Below, piece after piece: positions 24,746 through 36,629 of a stretch of 42,500 nucleotides of DNA (position 1 is the first letter of the stretch; the number at the start of each line of letters is the position of its first letter). A program made the translations under genes and the position numbers. The stretch is from positions 47,479,678 to 47,522,177 of the forward strand of contig NC_068984.1 of the NCBI RefSeq assembly GCF_001194135.2, given 5' to 3'. This stretch comes from Octopus bimaculoides. Its lineage: Eukaryota. The notes under the pieces were generated by a model that did no database searches, was not told the DNA's origin, and saw only the letters and a program-made list of their open reading frames with translations.

Positions 24746-25579
24746 GCTATTATTATTATTCTGTTATTATTATTTACGCCATAATTACATTCCTAATCCT
24801 TCCAAACTGCCGCAGACACTTATCACGCTTTCAATAACTCTAATGTCTTATAAACACTATGGTATACACTAGATCTCCGTTGTAATTGTTGTTAAAGATG
24901 CTGATGTGGTTGATGGCATAGTTTACAGTTGTCCAGAGAATAAAGCACTCTTGATGTGTTGAAGGAGGTGGCTGTTATTTGAAGGCATAGCATTAATCTA
25001 CTTTCGAAAATTCCGATAACTTCATTATCAAAATTGTCTCAGAAATGCCACATTAAGTTCTCTATGCCTCACTGCGTTTATCAAATTGCGATTCTGGTAA
25101 GACAGAATGTAAAAGGGAAAAGATGTGAAGGGGAGGTATAGGTTAAGTTCAAATGAAAAGTTCTATGACATAAAGGGATCGCTAAAGTTTAGTAAAGTGG
25201 GGTGCCAAGTTCAGTAGAATTTTACGAACGATATCCGATTTTAGATATAACGTTTCACTATATCTGCAGTGTGCACGAGTTCAAAGTTCTCAGTTGCAGC
25301 CATTTTTCTGCAGACTCACAAAATGAAAGATATAAAAAAACATACTTTAGAAGCTCTGTGTGTGTGTGAGTGAGTGTGAGTGTATGTGTGTGTGTGTGTG
25401 TGTGTGTACATATGTGAATATAACTCCGTTGGCTTCAACGATAGCGATGCAAATCATACGAATTGCATGTTCATTGAAGTAATGTGTGAGTGAGTGAGCA
25501 TTCTACTTATATATGTATCATCCACCTACTTTGCAGGCGAAATCATCACAACACAGTGTATCTGAATTACAATTACTAA

Positions 25580-25735
25580 CCACCCAACGCATTTCAGTTT
25601 CCCCAATTTCACTACACGAGATTTAGTTTGGCTCAAGGCAGTTATATAAAGCAATATATGAAAATACCACGCAATGGAACTGAACCAGGGAAGATGAAGG
25701 TTGTGAAATGAAACTCTTAGCCATTCGACCGTTAC
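25580..25735 (-). mobile_element. SINE family B 5'-half relic
   Basis: catttcagtttcc...ccacgcaatggaactgaacc resembles the reverse complement of the head and CORE-like region. Confidence 0.5.
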
Positions 25736-26559
25736 ATAGTGAAATCTCCCGTTATGCATAAATTTTGTTCACAGATTTCAGCTTTTATTGGAATCATCAC
25801 CATTAACAATTCAGATAAATTTTAACAAAATAACGATTTGTCATATAATATGTATAAATAGTATCTTTTATTGGAAATATATTAGCGAGACACTTTAATC
25901 CAAACAATCATTCTTATCGTTATTTTTATGCCTGTGTTCGCTACCTTTTTTTGTTACGGCCTACTAATACATTTCTTTCAATTTATTCGTTTTTTTTCTC
26001 GTATAAACATTTTAAGATAGGTAGGTTCACTACTCTCAAGTTTAATGCCAAATACTTAAAAAAATAACTTAACTGCACTATCTTCCACCCTTATACCTTC
26101 TTTTGTATTGATCTCAACATTCTTGCTAACAACTTTTTGCTTACTCTTTCACCCCTACTTTATGCGGGTACCAATTCGGCTGACTTTGTTTTTCATTGCT
26201 CTCTCAACATACATATAGCTTTTGTTACTAACTTCAAGCATGCAATACTTATACGCCACATCGTACATTTTCTACCTTTCAAAATAACTTCTCCACATCA
26301 TTCATTTTCTCATTTTTACTTTTGCATCCGAAGCCATAGGAAAAATATACTTTACTGTCAGAAAACACCCCAAACTTCCTCAGATCCTACTGGCTTATTA
26401 TTAGACGTATTTTTCTAGCTCTTTTTGGGGTTTAACCACAAGCACCTATAGTTTAGTGCTTTACCTTTATCCAATATCTCTGAGAAAAAAACCACCAACT
26501 GGAAGTGGAAGCAGTAGTTTTAAAAAGAAGCATAACAGTATTAGGTTCTGGGTTAAACA

Positions 26560-27010
26560 TCATGCCTGCTAAAAGGTACAGTGCGAGGAAGAAAGCATTA
26601 AAATGTGTAACGTCTGCAGTGGGAAAAATGCCTGACAACGAGATAAAGTTAGTCAAGTGTTGAAGTAGGAACCTTAATTACCGAGTGCCATAGTATCTCA
26701 GATCTTATGCGATGTTTAGTACTAAATGTTTCCTGAATGTGTGGATCGTCAATCAAAATGGGTGTTTTGTGCTGATAAACTCAATAAACGCGAGGTGAAA
26801 CTTGGACGATTTACACGACGTGGAAAGTGCATCACATGATTCAAAACATTTTCTGGTTAGTGAAGGCATATTTGAAAGATTTAAGAGGCCAGTGTTGCTA
26901 CTAATTATCCTGAAGGACTGAAGAAATTGATTGCTGAAGAAGGCTATACCTCAGAACAAGTGCACGATATTGGTGAAACAGCTTTTTTTGAAAACAAATG
27001 GCTGTTAGAA
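26560..27010 (+). mobile_element. pogo/Tigger-like DNA transposase relic
   Basis: FLVSEGIFERFKR resembles the CENP-B-type HTH motif F.AS.GWF.RFK.R; YPEGLKKLIAEEGYTSEQVHDIGETAFF resembles L..II.EEGY.P.Q.FN.DETGLFW. Internally deleted, with stops. Confidence 0.75.
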
Positions 27011-28342
27011 CCTTTATTTCCTGTAGCGGTAAATAACAACCTAGATTCAAGGATTCTGAAATCAAATGATGCTCTTGTGGCAGTAGATGTTGCCAGTGAT
27101 ATGAATATTTATCTTATTTACTTGAATTTTATTGATGCTGTAAGACTGAAAGGCAAGGAGGACTAGGGTAGGATTTCTACGTAGACCTGAATTATTTCTT
27201 TTCGCCAATTCTGTAGGCATGAGGTGTATTTTTATTGTTATTTCGGCACAGGTACTATCTAATCAATTAGAACTTTGGTCAAAAAAGCCATGACCGACTC
27301 ATCTGTTCAGCTACAGTGTTTCTGTAGTTCTATCTTCCAATCTGTTCTATTTTCAACAAGGCAAGTGTGATGTAGTTGCTATTTTCATAAGGTCAAGCGA
27401 ATTAGTAGAGATTCCTTTAGTTAAAAGAGGATGACTGAAAACAAGAAACTAGCGGAAATAAGATCCAACGTTTTTCTCGAATAAATGATACATTGATAAC
27501 TCTAATAAATCATTTGTTGCTGTCTAACACAGGTCAGTCCTGAGAGAGCGGACCAAAGATATCCCACTTTTGACCATCCTGTCTTCTTTCAGACGGAGTG
27601 AGCCTGTCCTCTACTCCCTATTTTTGACTGTGTGATTGGTAATTTGACAAAGATTTCGCTGTTTCTTGAAGGTTGATTGACCGAATAGGGACTCTTTCAT
27701 TGGCTCCTAATGAATCAGTTTACTTTTGATGCATATTTCCCCCCTCCTCTTTTCACCGAAAGGTATGGCTTATTGACATGAGCTCTACTATAGTAATATT
27801 TAATTTATCAATTTTTAAGTAGGGATATATGAAGTCGTACCAGGCTATTGGAATTCATAAAATTTATGGGTTCTAGCCAGACTTTCACATTTGTTTTTAC
27901 ACAGATAATAAGTGTTATTCTCTGCTTTAATTCAAATATACTCGCTTACTACATTAACTATGCTAGCGTTCACTTTACTATTAATATTTCATGGAGCATG
28001 CGTCCCTGAATATTCCACCCCACCAGCAATTATTATTATTATTATTAATCATATCTTTCACATATGTAACATACGAGTTGTGTAGTCGAGATGGGTATAT
28101 GCACAGATTGTTACGTTCACGCCTTTACTGGGAGTGTGAGAGAAAGTAACACTGATACAGCTTTCTCCTTGACACTCTGCTCAAGCCTTCAAAGTAGTAC
28201 AGATATGTTGTGTGTTATACGAATATATGAACCAACGCTGTTCTAGTTAGTCATTGAAATAAAACAATAAATCTCGAATAGAAGACAAAATGTGAAAGAA
28301 TTATATACAGAGCGGAATGTTCAGGTGGGTAGATACACTCAC

Positions 28343-28405
28343 TTATGCATAAAGAAATCTCTTTTACTACGTTTCACTGTCTCTGGCATCCAATCCCTCC
28401 CTTCT
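28343..28405 (-). CDS. Candidate 63-nt phase-symmetric exon, EGRDWMPETVKRSKRDFFMH
   Basis: cctcattctcatctcaccgcattaccag| acceptor and AA|GTGAGT donor; only one frame is open (phase 2 to phase 2). Confidence 0.18.
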
Positions 28406-28629
28406 CTGGTAATGCGGTGAGATGAGAATGAGGACGTAATTTATTATATGCTTTGTGTTTTATTCTGCCATATTTACGGATGAGGTAAAGTTGTAGCAAG
28501 GTTCAGCGCCTACTTTCACTCATTTTGTCTTGCTGTTCTAATTATTTGGAGCGTGAAGATGATGATTTACTTCACTTTGTATGAGGTTTTGTTTCATTTG
28601 TATGTATGAAAATAGGAGGTATGCATATG

Positions 28630-28825
28630 TATGAAATGTGTTATGTACGCATATGTGTGTATACGCACAGAGACACACACAACCAAACACACATGCACAT
28701 ACGTGTATATATATATGTGCGTGCTTGTGTATATATATATGTCTGTATATATAAACTCGTATATATATGTGTGTGTGTATATATATATATGTGTACGTAC
28801 ACACACACACACACACATATGCATG

Positions 28826-28862
<37 letters not shown>

Positions 28863-28921
28863 CTGTATGTATATATGTATATATCTGTGTATATAGGTGT
28901 ATATATATATATATGTGTGTG

Positions 28922-29017
<96 letters not shown>

Positions 29018-29050
29018 CATATATATGTATACATCTATTTATATATATAT
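28630..29050. repeat. Large compound (TA)n/(CA)n/(TG)n microsatellite
   Basis: Read directly; source of the YIYI/HTHT ORFs at 28538-29143. Confidence 0.97.
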
Positions 29051-29624
29051 AAGGACATAACTATACAAGAATTCCTCACGTTAACTACCGTAATAAACAC
29101 ATTTTTACCGAATGCGAGGAAATGCAACCTTCAAAGAAGCTAGCCTTTTAATAACAGACTGAGCTATAGATCGCCGATTCCCTGATCATTATAGTAATAT
29201 ATAATCTTCACTCGTCAGTATAGTACAGTCAAGACACATAGAAATCAACATACCAAACGAACACCGCATGTGTTCTGGACAGCACATAGAAGATTGTTTA
29301 TCCCTATATATCTATGAAAAAGGCGGACTTTTCGAGCTGCACTTCGGTACCATGTGCTTTTAATCGGAATAAAATTCAGCACTGAATATATTCCGGTTAT
29401 ATATTTAATTAATACAATAATAGGATAAAATCTTATATAAGAATTTATCAAGTAGTTATCGTGAAAAAAATTCGTAGGGAAGAATCTATCGTTTTTCCCT
29501 AAATCATATTTATCTATTTATATATATTTATATATAAGGGCACAACTATACAAGAATGCCTCGCGTTAACTACCGTAATAAACACATTTTTACCGAATGC
29601 GAGGAAATGCAGTCTTCAAAAAAG
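29033..29624 (+). repeat. Direct repeat with an 89-bp core at 29051-29139 and 29536-29624 (7 mismatches, 485-bp offset)
   Basis: aagg(a/g)ca(t/c)aactatacaagaat(t/g)cctc(a/g)cgttaactaccgtaataaacacatttttaccgaatgcgaggaaatgca..cttcaaa.aag; each copy is preceded by atctatttatatata. Confidence 0.92.
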
Positions 29625-30792
29625 TGAGGTAGGCTCGTCTGGAACTCGTAACAGGAAGAGATCCAGTTTTGTTTTAAAGACACTTACATCCACACCATGC
29701 ACGTCTCTCAGGCATTTTGGAAAGATATTAAAGAGCTGTGGGCCCTTGAAGCCCAAGCTGTTGCGGTATCTGCTCCTGTATTTTGATGGCGACTCTAGGA
29801 TCTTTGGTATATGCAGTAGCGCCCCGCTCTGCAGTTTGAGTAACTTTCAATGCCAAAGTTTGGTACAAGGTCTTTTAGGATTTTCCAGATGTATATCACT
29901 ACATATCTCTCCCGCCTTCGTTCCAAGGGGAAGACTTTTAAGTCATTTCCACTAGCTGATATGTTACATCGAGACGATTTTCTTAGTGTAGCTTCGTTGG
30001 ATTGCTTCGAGTTCTGCCGTGGATGTTTTATTGTGTCGTGACCATAATTGGGAGCAATTGTGTAAGCGGCTGAGAATGTATGTCCTTCAAAGAATCATCA
30101 ATGTCTCCTTTTCTCTTGTTTTGAAAGTTCAGAGGATCCACCCAGCCAGCCGTCTGCATTTTATTACCAAATTTGTAATATGCACATGGAAAGCTGCCTC
30201 ATTGCTCATGGAGTTTCCTGTGATGGGGTCATCTCTTTGGAAGAAGGGTCCTATCTTGTGGCGTATTGAGGCTGTTTCCTTGGCAAACTTGAAGAAAGCT
30301 TTAGAGTTTGACTTCATATTTTCCAAGGGTCTTTATTTGCTCTCTCTTTTTCATGAGACTGATGCAGAAGTTCCTCGATTTCCAATAGCACTCTCTTCAC
30401 TTTTGGAATGCTTCCTCAGGCGGTTCGTAATCTTTGTCTGTCGTCTCCTTTCTCTTCCTTTCCCTGGGGATCCTGTTTGTATGTTGGCTTTGCACAATCG
30501 GACAGATTTGTCAAATATGGCTTGTATTGTGGGCATGAAATGTTTGTGTTTCATGTCAATGTCTGGTGTGGAGAGACATTTAGGCCAATCCAGCTTGAGT
30601 ATCTCTTTCTCAATCAGCTTCCAATTTGCTTTGTGACAGTTTAGTTTGGAGATATTTTGGGTGCTTCGTATAGGCTGTATATCTGCAGGAGATTTTGGTC
30701 CATATATAAACAGCTCTATAATATTATGATTCGAGATCAGCATCGGTGCCACTTTAACATTATGGATAATCTCCATATTGTTTGTGAAGCAG
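29625..30792 (-). mobile_element. CR1/L2-group LINE ORF2 relic: endonuclease C-terminus and linker fused to the post-RT C-terminus (RT missing)
   Basis: DLCFTNNMEIIHNV...LISNHNIIEL (end of AP endonuclease); NSKAFFKFAK..IRHKIGP (linker) running directly into MSNEAAFHVHITNLVIKCRRLAGWIL*TFKTR; LERRRERYVVIYIWKIL; GFKGPQLFNIFPKCLR; FKTKLDLFLLRVPDEP. Confidence 0.85.
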
Positions 30793-31517
30793 AGATCTAT
30801 CTCTCTCTCTCTATCTNNNNNNNNNNNNNNNNNNNNNNNNNNNNNNNNNNNNNNNNNNNNNNNNNNNNNNNNNNNNNNNNNNNNNNNNNNNNNNNNNNNN
30901 NNNNNNNNTATATATATATATATATATATATGCATGCATATTAGCACGAACTTTCTCTCTCCAGTTCGTCACATCACAGCGTTCAGTATACAGATATTTT
31001 TTCACGTCTGGCCTACAGCCGTTCTTGTTTGTTTCTCTGTTTCGTCTTCCTATCGTGTTTTTTTTTTTAATTTTGGCACTTAATTCCTCCGCATTACATA
31101 TTTAATTTAAATTAATTTAATTTGTTTCCGTGGGAATAACTATTCTAACCATGCCTCCTGCCCGAATTCTTCGAAACGCTTAGTTTAGAATAGGGGCAGC
31201 TGATGAAGGAAATATTCTCTATGTGGCCTGTTTGCTTTCTGTGCTCTGTTTATGTTCTGTTTTTCATTTTGTCCACGTTCTTTTGTGACGTCCTGTACCC
31301 CAGATATGCATCTATAGATGTAGGTATGTACATACATGTACGTATATATGCATATACTCTCACACACACACACACGCACACACACACACACACACACACN
31401 NNNNNNNNNNNNNNNNNNNNNNNNNNNNNNNNNNNNNNNNNNNNNNNNNNNNNNNNNNNNNNNNNNNNNNNNNNNNNNNNNNNNNNNNNNNNNNNNNNNC
31501 ATATGTAGTGGTCAACA

Positions 31518-31625
31518 AGAGAGAGAGAGAGAGAAAGAAAGAGAGAGAGTGAGAGAGATTGAAAGAAAGAAAGAGAGAGAAAGAGAGTGATAAAGAGAAG
31601 GAGAGAGATACAGAGAGAATGAGAC
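31518..31625. repeat. (GA)n-rich microsatellite
   Basis: Read directly from the sequence. Confidence 0.9.
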
Positions 31626-32095
31626 AGAGTGTGTGAGTGTGGAGTACGTGCGTACGCGTGTATGTACGCATATAAATAATATGTCTGTTAGTCAACTCTA
31701 AAACATATTGAATATTCATATACTATTTCTGAGTAAATTTTTGCAGGAATATCCGTAGGTGGAATTTGATCTCAGTAATTCAAGCTAAGTACACCATTAT
31801 TAATCACTAAGTATTTACGCCGACACTAGTAGAATCTAAGACACCCATGTATATTTATGTATGTTATACAATTTAAAAGCTGAGTATCGTTAGCATAGCC
31901 ACAATATATTACCTGTAAAAGAAATCGAAACGCTTTTATATAGGTATTCTTACACCTCGTCAATGTAAACAGTTAATCTGTATACTCGTAACATGTACAC
32001 ACGTAAATGCATGTAGAAATAGGGGAAAAGTCATTTCTGCACCTACATACATACACACATTATATGCATGCATACATACATACATACATAGATAC

Positions 32096-32138
<43 letters not shown>

Positions 32139-32800
32139 TATGCATGCTCTAACACACATTGAAACAGCTTTAACAATTTCAATAGATTGTCATCGTCCAA
32201 CCAAAGAAATTGAAATGTATACTTTTGTTGAGCAAAAGTGCAGCATATGATACAATATTGGTGAAACCTAACCAGGCAATTAATTAATGGTGTAATTGAT
32301 ATAAGAAAATAATTACTCCTACTCAAATTGGAGAGATTTTTAATTGGAATATTCACACAGCAGATACAAAGCACTGCATAGTGATGTGAATAAATTACAA
32401 GGGCTGAATATATTCTAAATAACAGCTGTTATTTAATTTCCCGAGGTCTGAAAGGACAAAAGGTATAAATTATTGATACAGGTGGAATTTGAACTTGAAG
32501 TGGAGAATAATAATTAAAATTAGAAAAATAGAATTAATTCTACAGTCAACACATTTGCATTAAGTCATCGATCCTCATAGCGTAATCTCTTGAGTAATAC
32601 TAAAATTCAAATTCAGCCAGTATATTCAGGGATTTTTAGTAAAAATTGTTCATTTTGATCAGAAATTACAGGAATTGTAAAAACAAGAGTTTTGTTCATA
32701 ATTATATAAAAACGGAAGGGAAACGTATCGCCTCACCATTCACAAAAGATGGACAATAAGAAAATAACAGTGACAAGCAGAAGAAAATAAATCCATGCAT

Positions 32801-33186
32801 ACAGGCGTAGCTGTGTGATAAGAAAATTGCTTCCCAACCACATGGTTCTGAGTTCAGTCCCACTGCGTGGTACCATGGACAAGTGTCTTCTACTATAGCC
32901 TCAGGCCATCCAAAACCTTGTGGGTGAGTGTAGTAGATGGAAACGGAAAGACGCCCGTCATATGTGTGTGTGTGTGTGTGTGTGTGCGTGCGTGTGTGTT
33001 TATCCCTCATCACCACTTGACAACCGGTGTTGTTGTGTTTGCGTCCCCGTGACTTGGCGCTTTGCGCGAGGAAGGTCGATGAAAAAGTGCTATGCTTGGA
33101 AAATAGTTCCTGGGGTCGATTTGTTCAACTAAAACCCTAGCATAGCCGCAGCCAAATGACTGAAACAAATAAAAGAATGAAAGAAA
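32801..33186 (+). mobile_element. SINE family B, near full length, with internal (TG)n
   Basis: acaggcgtagctgtgtgataag head, gagttcagtccc B-box, gcgtggtaccatggacaagtgtcttctactatagcctc, cctggggtcgatttgttcaactaa, and gcagccaaatgactgaaacaaataaaagaat tail. Confidence 0.92.
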
Positions 33187-33825
33187 ACATACATCAGTTA
33201 GAAAGACCGTAGATTATATGGATATCATATTGAGGTGACGCCGCAGTAACTCTTCCGTAGGCTCATACGAGCAAGTGTTGCTAGAAATGGCACAAAGATA
33301 CTTTATTAGCACATATATGGTAGCAATGCCCCCGCTGAATGAAGGCTTAGGTATTTTCTCTTTTTTTTTTTGCTGGAAGGACCAGGTCAAACGAAGAGAG
33401 TTGAATAGAAAAAGTGCAATTTGCTAGATGTGCGGTAACACCGGTGCACAAATATATGGGGGGGGGGCGTGCGTATGCGCGCACATACACAGAGAAACGT
33501 ACATAGTACAAACTAAGAACAGAAAATTGTACGCACTTGCCCTCACAAAGTTTGAAACGCACACACTCGCACGCACACACAGGTTCTCTATCAGCATACA
33601 GAGAAACACGATATGCGAAATGAGATAAAAGTGTGCACAGAACTAGTCTCCGAACTTGAAGACATCCAGCTACTATATTTATTAGAAACTGAAGTAACTC
33701 CTGTTCTTTTGTAGTGTCAGAAGTCAATAGAGTAAAAATTTCAACACTGATATCTGTTCCATCTTCGATGGAAGATACAGCTGAAGTCGTTTGATATTTC
33801 ATCTTTTTACGTCAGGTTAACATAC

Positions 33826-33964
33826 CTCACATTTTGGCTAAGACTAACGAGAAATGCATGCAATTTTCTAATACTAGGATCTTGTACACGTTTTCGTATC
33901 ACGAAATACCATAAAGACACTGGTGTCATAGGAATTTGAATCGAAAATAAAGCATTAGTGAAAC
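33826..33964 (-). CDS. Candidate 139-nt coding exon, FTNALFSIQIPMTPVSLWYFVIRKRVQDPSIRKLHAFLVSLSQNV
   Basis: gttctgtttctttag| acceptor and GAG|GTATGT donor; 45 open codons (part of ORF 33807..34073); phase 1 in, phase 2 out; no homology recognised. Confidence 0.22.
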
Positions 33965-34449
33965 CTAAAGAAACAGAACTTTGAAAATGATATTGAATCA
34001 TATGACGCAGACAAAAAATAATATCAATATTATGAGTAAAGTTTGGATAAAATTTCTTGCAATAGCTCGGCAAATCTACCTCCTGACATCTAGTCTCCTT
34101 TGCCTGTCATTAATATTTAAAGCAAATTTCTCACTCATACGAAGATAGATATTGACAGCACTAGAATACACCCGACTGTACAACTTCTAATAATTTCTAG
34201 ACATTTATTTGCAGTTTGTACAAAGAAAAGGCGAAGATGATTACATGAAATGAAAAGTTGAAATCGGAAAGTAAAGGGACAGAATCAAATATTACAGGCA
34301 TTTTGACCAGTTTTCTACTGAATCTACGTTTTAATATTAACATCTGTTATCATTATGAAAATGAACTGTGTGTGTGTATGTCATGTGTATGAGTATATTA
34401 TAATATCGTAATGATATTCGTTTCTCTGCCTTATTCCCGTCGATATAGA

Positions 34450-35850
34450 CAGTCCTCTATATATTTCCGTGCGTAATATCAAAACCTTCGACAATGTACG
34501 AGCATTTTCGTGCGCTACATCGATTCACAGCAAGAAAAAGTATTTATGTGTCAAAGAGCATAAAGATGGTACTATTAAAAACTCACTACAAATGCGCCGG
34601 CCATACGGTAAATTAAAAGGGAGGCGATGTAAATGTTCGCCACGTCCGTTCGACGTTGCAACGAGAGCTTCCACTCAATTTCTGAATGAACTTGTCCTCC
34701 CTATTTGTTACCACATCCTGAATGAGATTGTTCTCCCTATTTGTCCCCTCATCCCACTTCTTTCCCACTTGAAGATCAGGGCCACACCAGAACCCAAGCA
34801 ATTTAATTGGTCCGTCCAGCACCCCAATTCGTTAGACGGCATCTATCTCTTTCTCCAGATATCGAGCAGTGTCGCACTGATCCCTCTTGTTTGATTTTGC
34901 GTTTTGCACCGCTCAGAGCAGCGCTGATCACCTCGATGGGTCTGATTCTAGTTTCCGTAGTAGTAACTCAAGAGTCAATGCATACAGAAGAACTGAGAGC
35001 GGACAGACTTGACGGAGTGAGAGCTTCGTGCTGAATGGTTCTCATACATGGCATATTACACTAACCACTAAACAGATGTCACTGTAAATTAAAACAATCA
35101 AATTGTGGAAGACGAGACCGAAATCGACTGCCATGAGAGCAGTCACCCATTATCAGTGACCCACCCTATTGAAAGCTCTCGATTTATGTAAGGTGGTAAG
35201 CTTCCATCTGAGCCAACTTTCTTACGGATGAGGTGGAGTTTGTCCTGGATCTTTCAGGATTGCGCGAACGCCGCGTTTATTGTAGTTATGGGCCAAAAAT
35301 TATCAATTCCCCATTGTTTGGGTAATTTCTCAGGAGCTTCATTAATTCTCAACTCACAGAACTGGAAATATCCTATTCTGCGGCCACTCTGGGTAAATAC
35401 CTCTCAATATGTTATTAAAGAGGTCTGGCATACAAAAATAACCTTCAAGCCATTTAAAGTAGGCGATTTTTACAGCCAATCATTACTCCCAGTATTTTCA
35501 GCATTTGGCAACACAGCGATGATGTTGCCAGGAGTCGCAGTAAGTCATATAGGTAACCAGTGTAATCCATACTGCTTTCCGCCTTACCATTTTCCCCGAA
35601 CAGTTGAGCAAAGGACTTACTAAAAAGTTGCACACATCTGCTCGGGGTCAAGTAACACATACCCATCATGGTCAGCCAAAGAAACAAATTTTGACTTCGT
35701 TGTCATCCTGCATCCCATTGAAAAACTTTCGTCCCTTCGTTTCATGGAGTACACGTCTAATAATAACAATAATACTTGTTTCAAATTATGGCACACAGCC
35801 AGCAATTTTAGTAGCAGGCGGTTACTCAATTACATTGAACACAGTGTTTA
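34450..35850 (-). mobile_element. L1/Tx1-like LINE ORF2 relic (linker and RT), heavily deleted
   Basis: LLDPEQMCATF; IDNFWPITTINA (resembles NFRPITLLN); LRQVCPLSVLLYALTLELLLRKLE (resembles RQGCPLSP motif B); DGPIKLLGFWCGPDLQ. Confidence 0.78.
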
Positions 35851-35856
35851 AATGAT

Positions 35857-36216
35857 GCTTAATTAATCGATCCCGAAAGGATAAAATCTAAAATCGTGCT
35901 CGGTGACATCTGATATCAGAAAGTAAAGAGCTGGAAGAAATTTTGCAAAGCATTTCTTCTGGTGACATTACGATTCTGCTCTTCGCCGTTTTGACAATAA
36001 TAAATATCTTTTCTACAATAGACACAAGGCCTGAAATTTTGAAGGGAGGGTGCTAGTCGATTAAATCGACCCCCGTGCTCAACTGGTACTTATTTCAGCG
36101 AGCACGAAAAAAACGAAAGGCAAATTCGATATCGGCGGAATTTGATCTCAGAACATAAATAGCTGGAAGAAATACTGCAAAGGATTTTGTCCGACGCGCT
36201 AACAATTATGCCAGCT
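35857..36216 (-). mobile_element. Two adjacent family-A SINEs (about 35857-35990 partial, and 36004-36216)
   Basis: agtcgattaaatcgacccccgtgctcaactggtactta and aaaggcaaattcgatatcggcggaatttgatctcagaac are reverse complements of the family-A core. Confidence 0.8.
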
Positions 36217-36629
36217 AGTAGTCTTGAGTAACAACAACAACAATAATATGCAAAAGTCTAGAGTCGATGAATGAAAAATAGTAGTAGGGAGTCTTGTGAA
36301 GACAAAAAGAAAACGTTTAGTCAATGGTATGCGAGCAAGAAGCAAAATATATATTATTAGATATGGTATGTGGATTATTTAACTAAACGCAGCTGAAAAT
36401 TGCTGCCAGATGTAATAATATCGCAGTGATTCTTCCATACCTGTGAGAGTTTGTATGTGTTATGAATGAATATATATATGCCTACACATGTCCGCAATGT
36501 GTAGCTACGCACGCTCACACGCAGATAGGAACACACACACAGAAGGTGAGAGGGGTATTTAAGGACAATTATCAGTATATTACTCTCGTCAAACCAATTA
36601 AAAGGTTTTTGTTCCTTTCAGATGCCTTT

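Noticed and set aside
28538-29143. His/Tyr/Ile/Cys-rich ORFs in six frames
   Set aside because: Translations of the (TA)/(CA)/(TG) microsatellite.
31165-31215. Possible hammerhead ribozyme (GAAAC at 31173, CTGATGA at 31200)
   Set aside because: Stems II and III and the NUH cleavage triplet cannot be formed from the local sequence; at most a decayed terminal-repeat relic.
33347-33802. 151-aa ORF with an ordinary-looking N-terminal half
   Set aside because: It runs into a CA/GT-rich low-complexity tract; no domain recognised and no convincing donor site.
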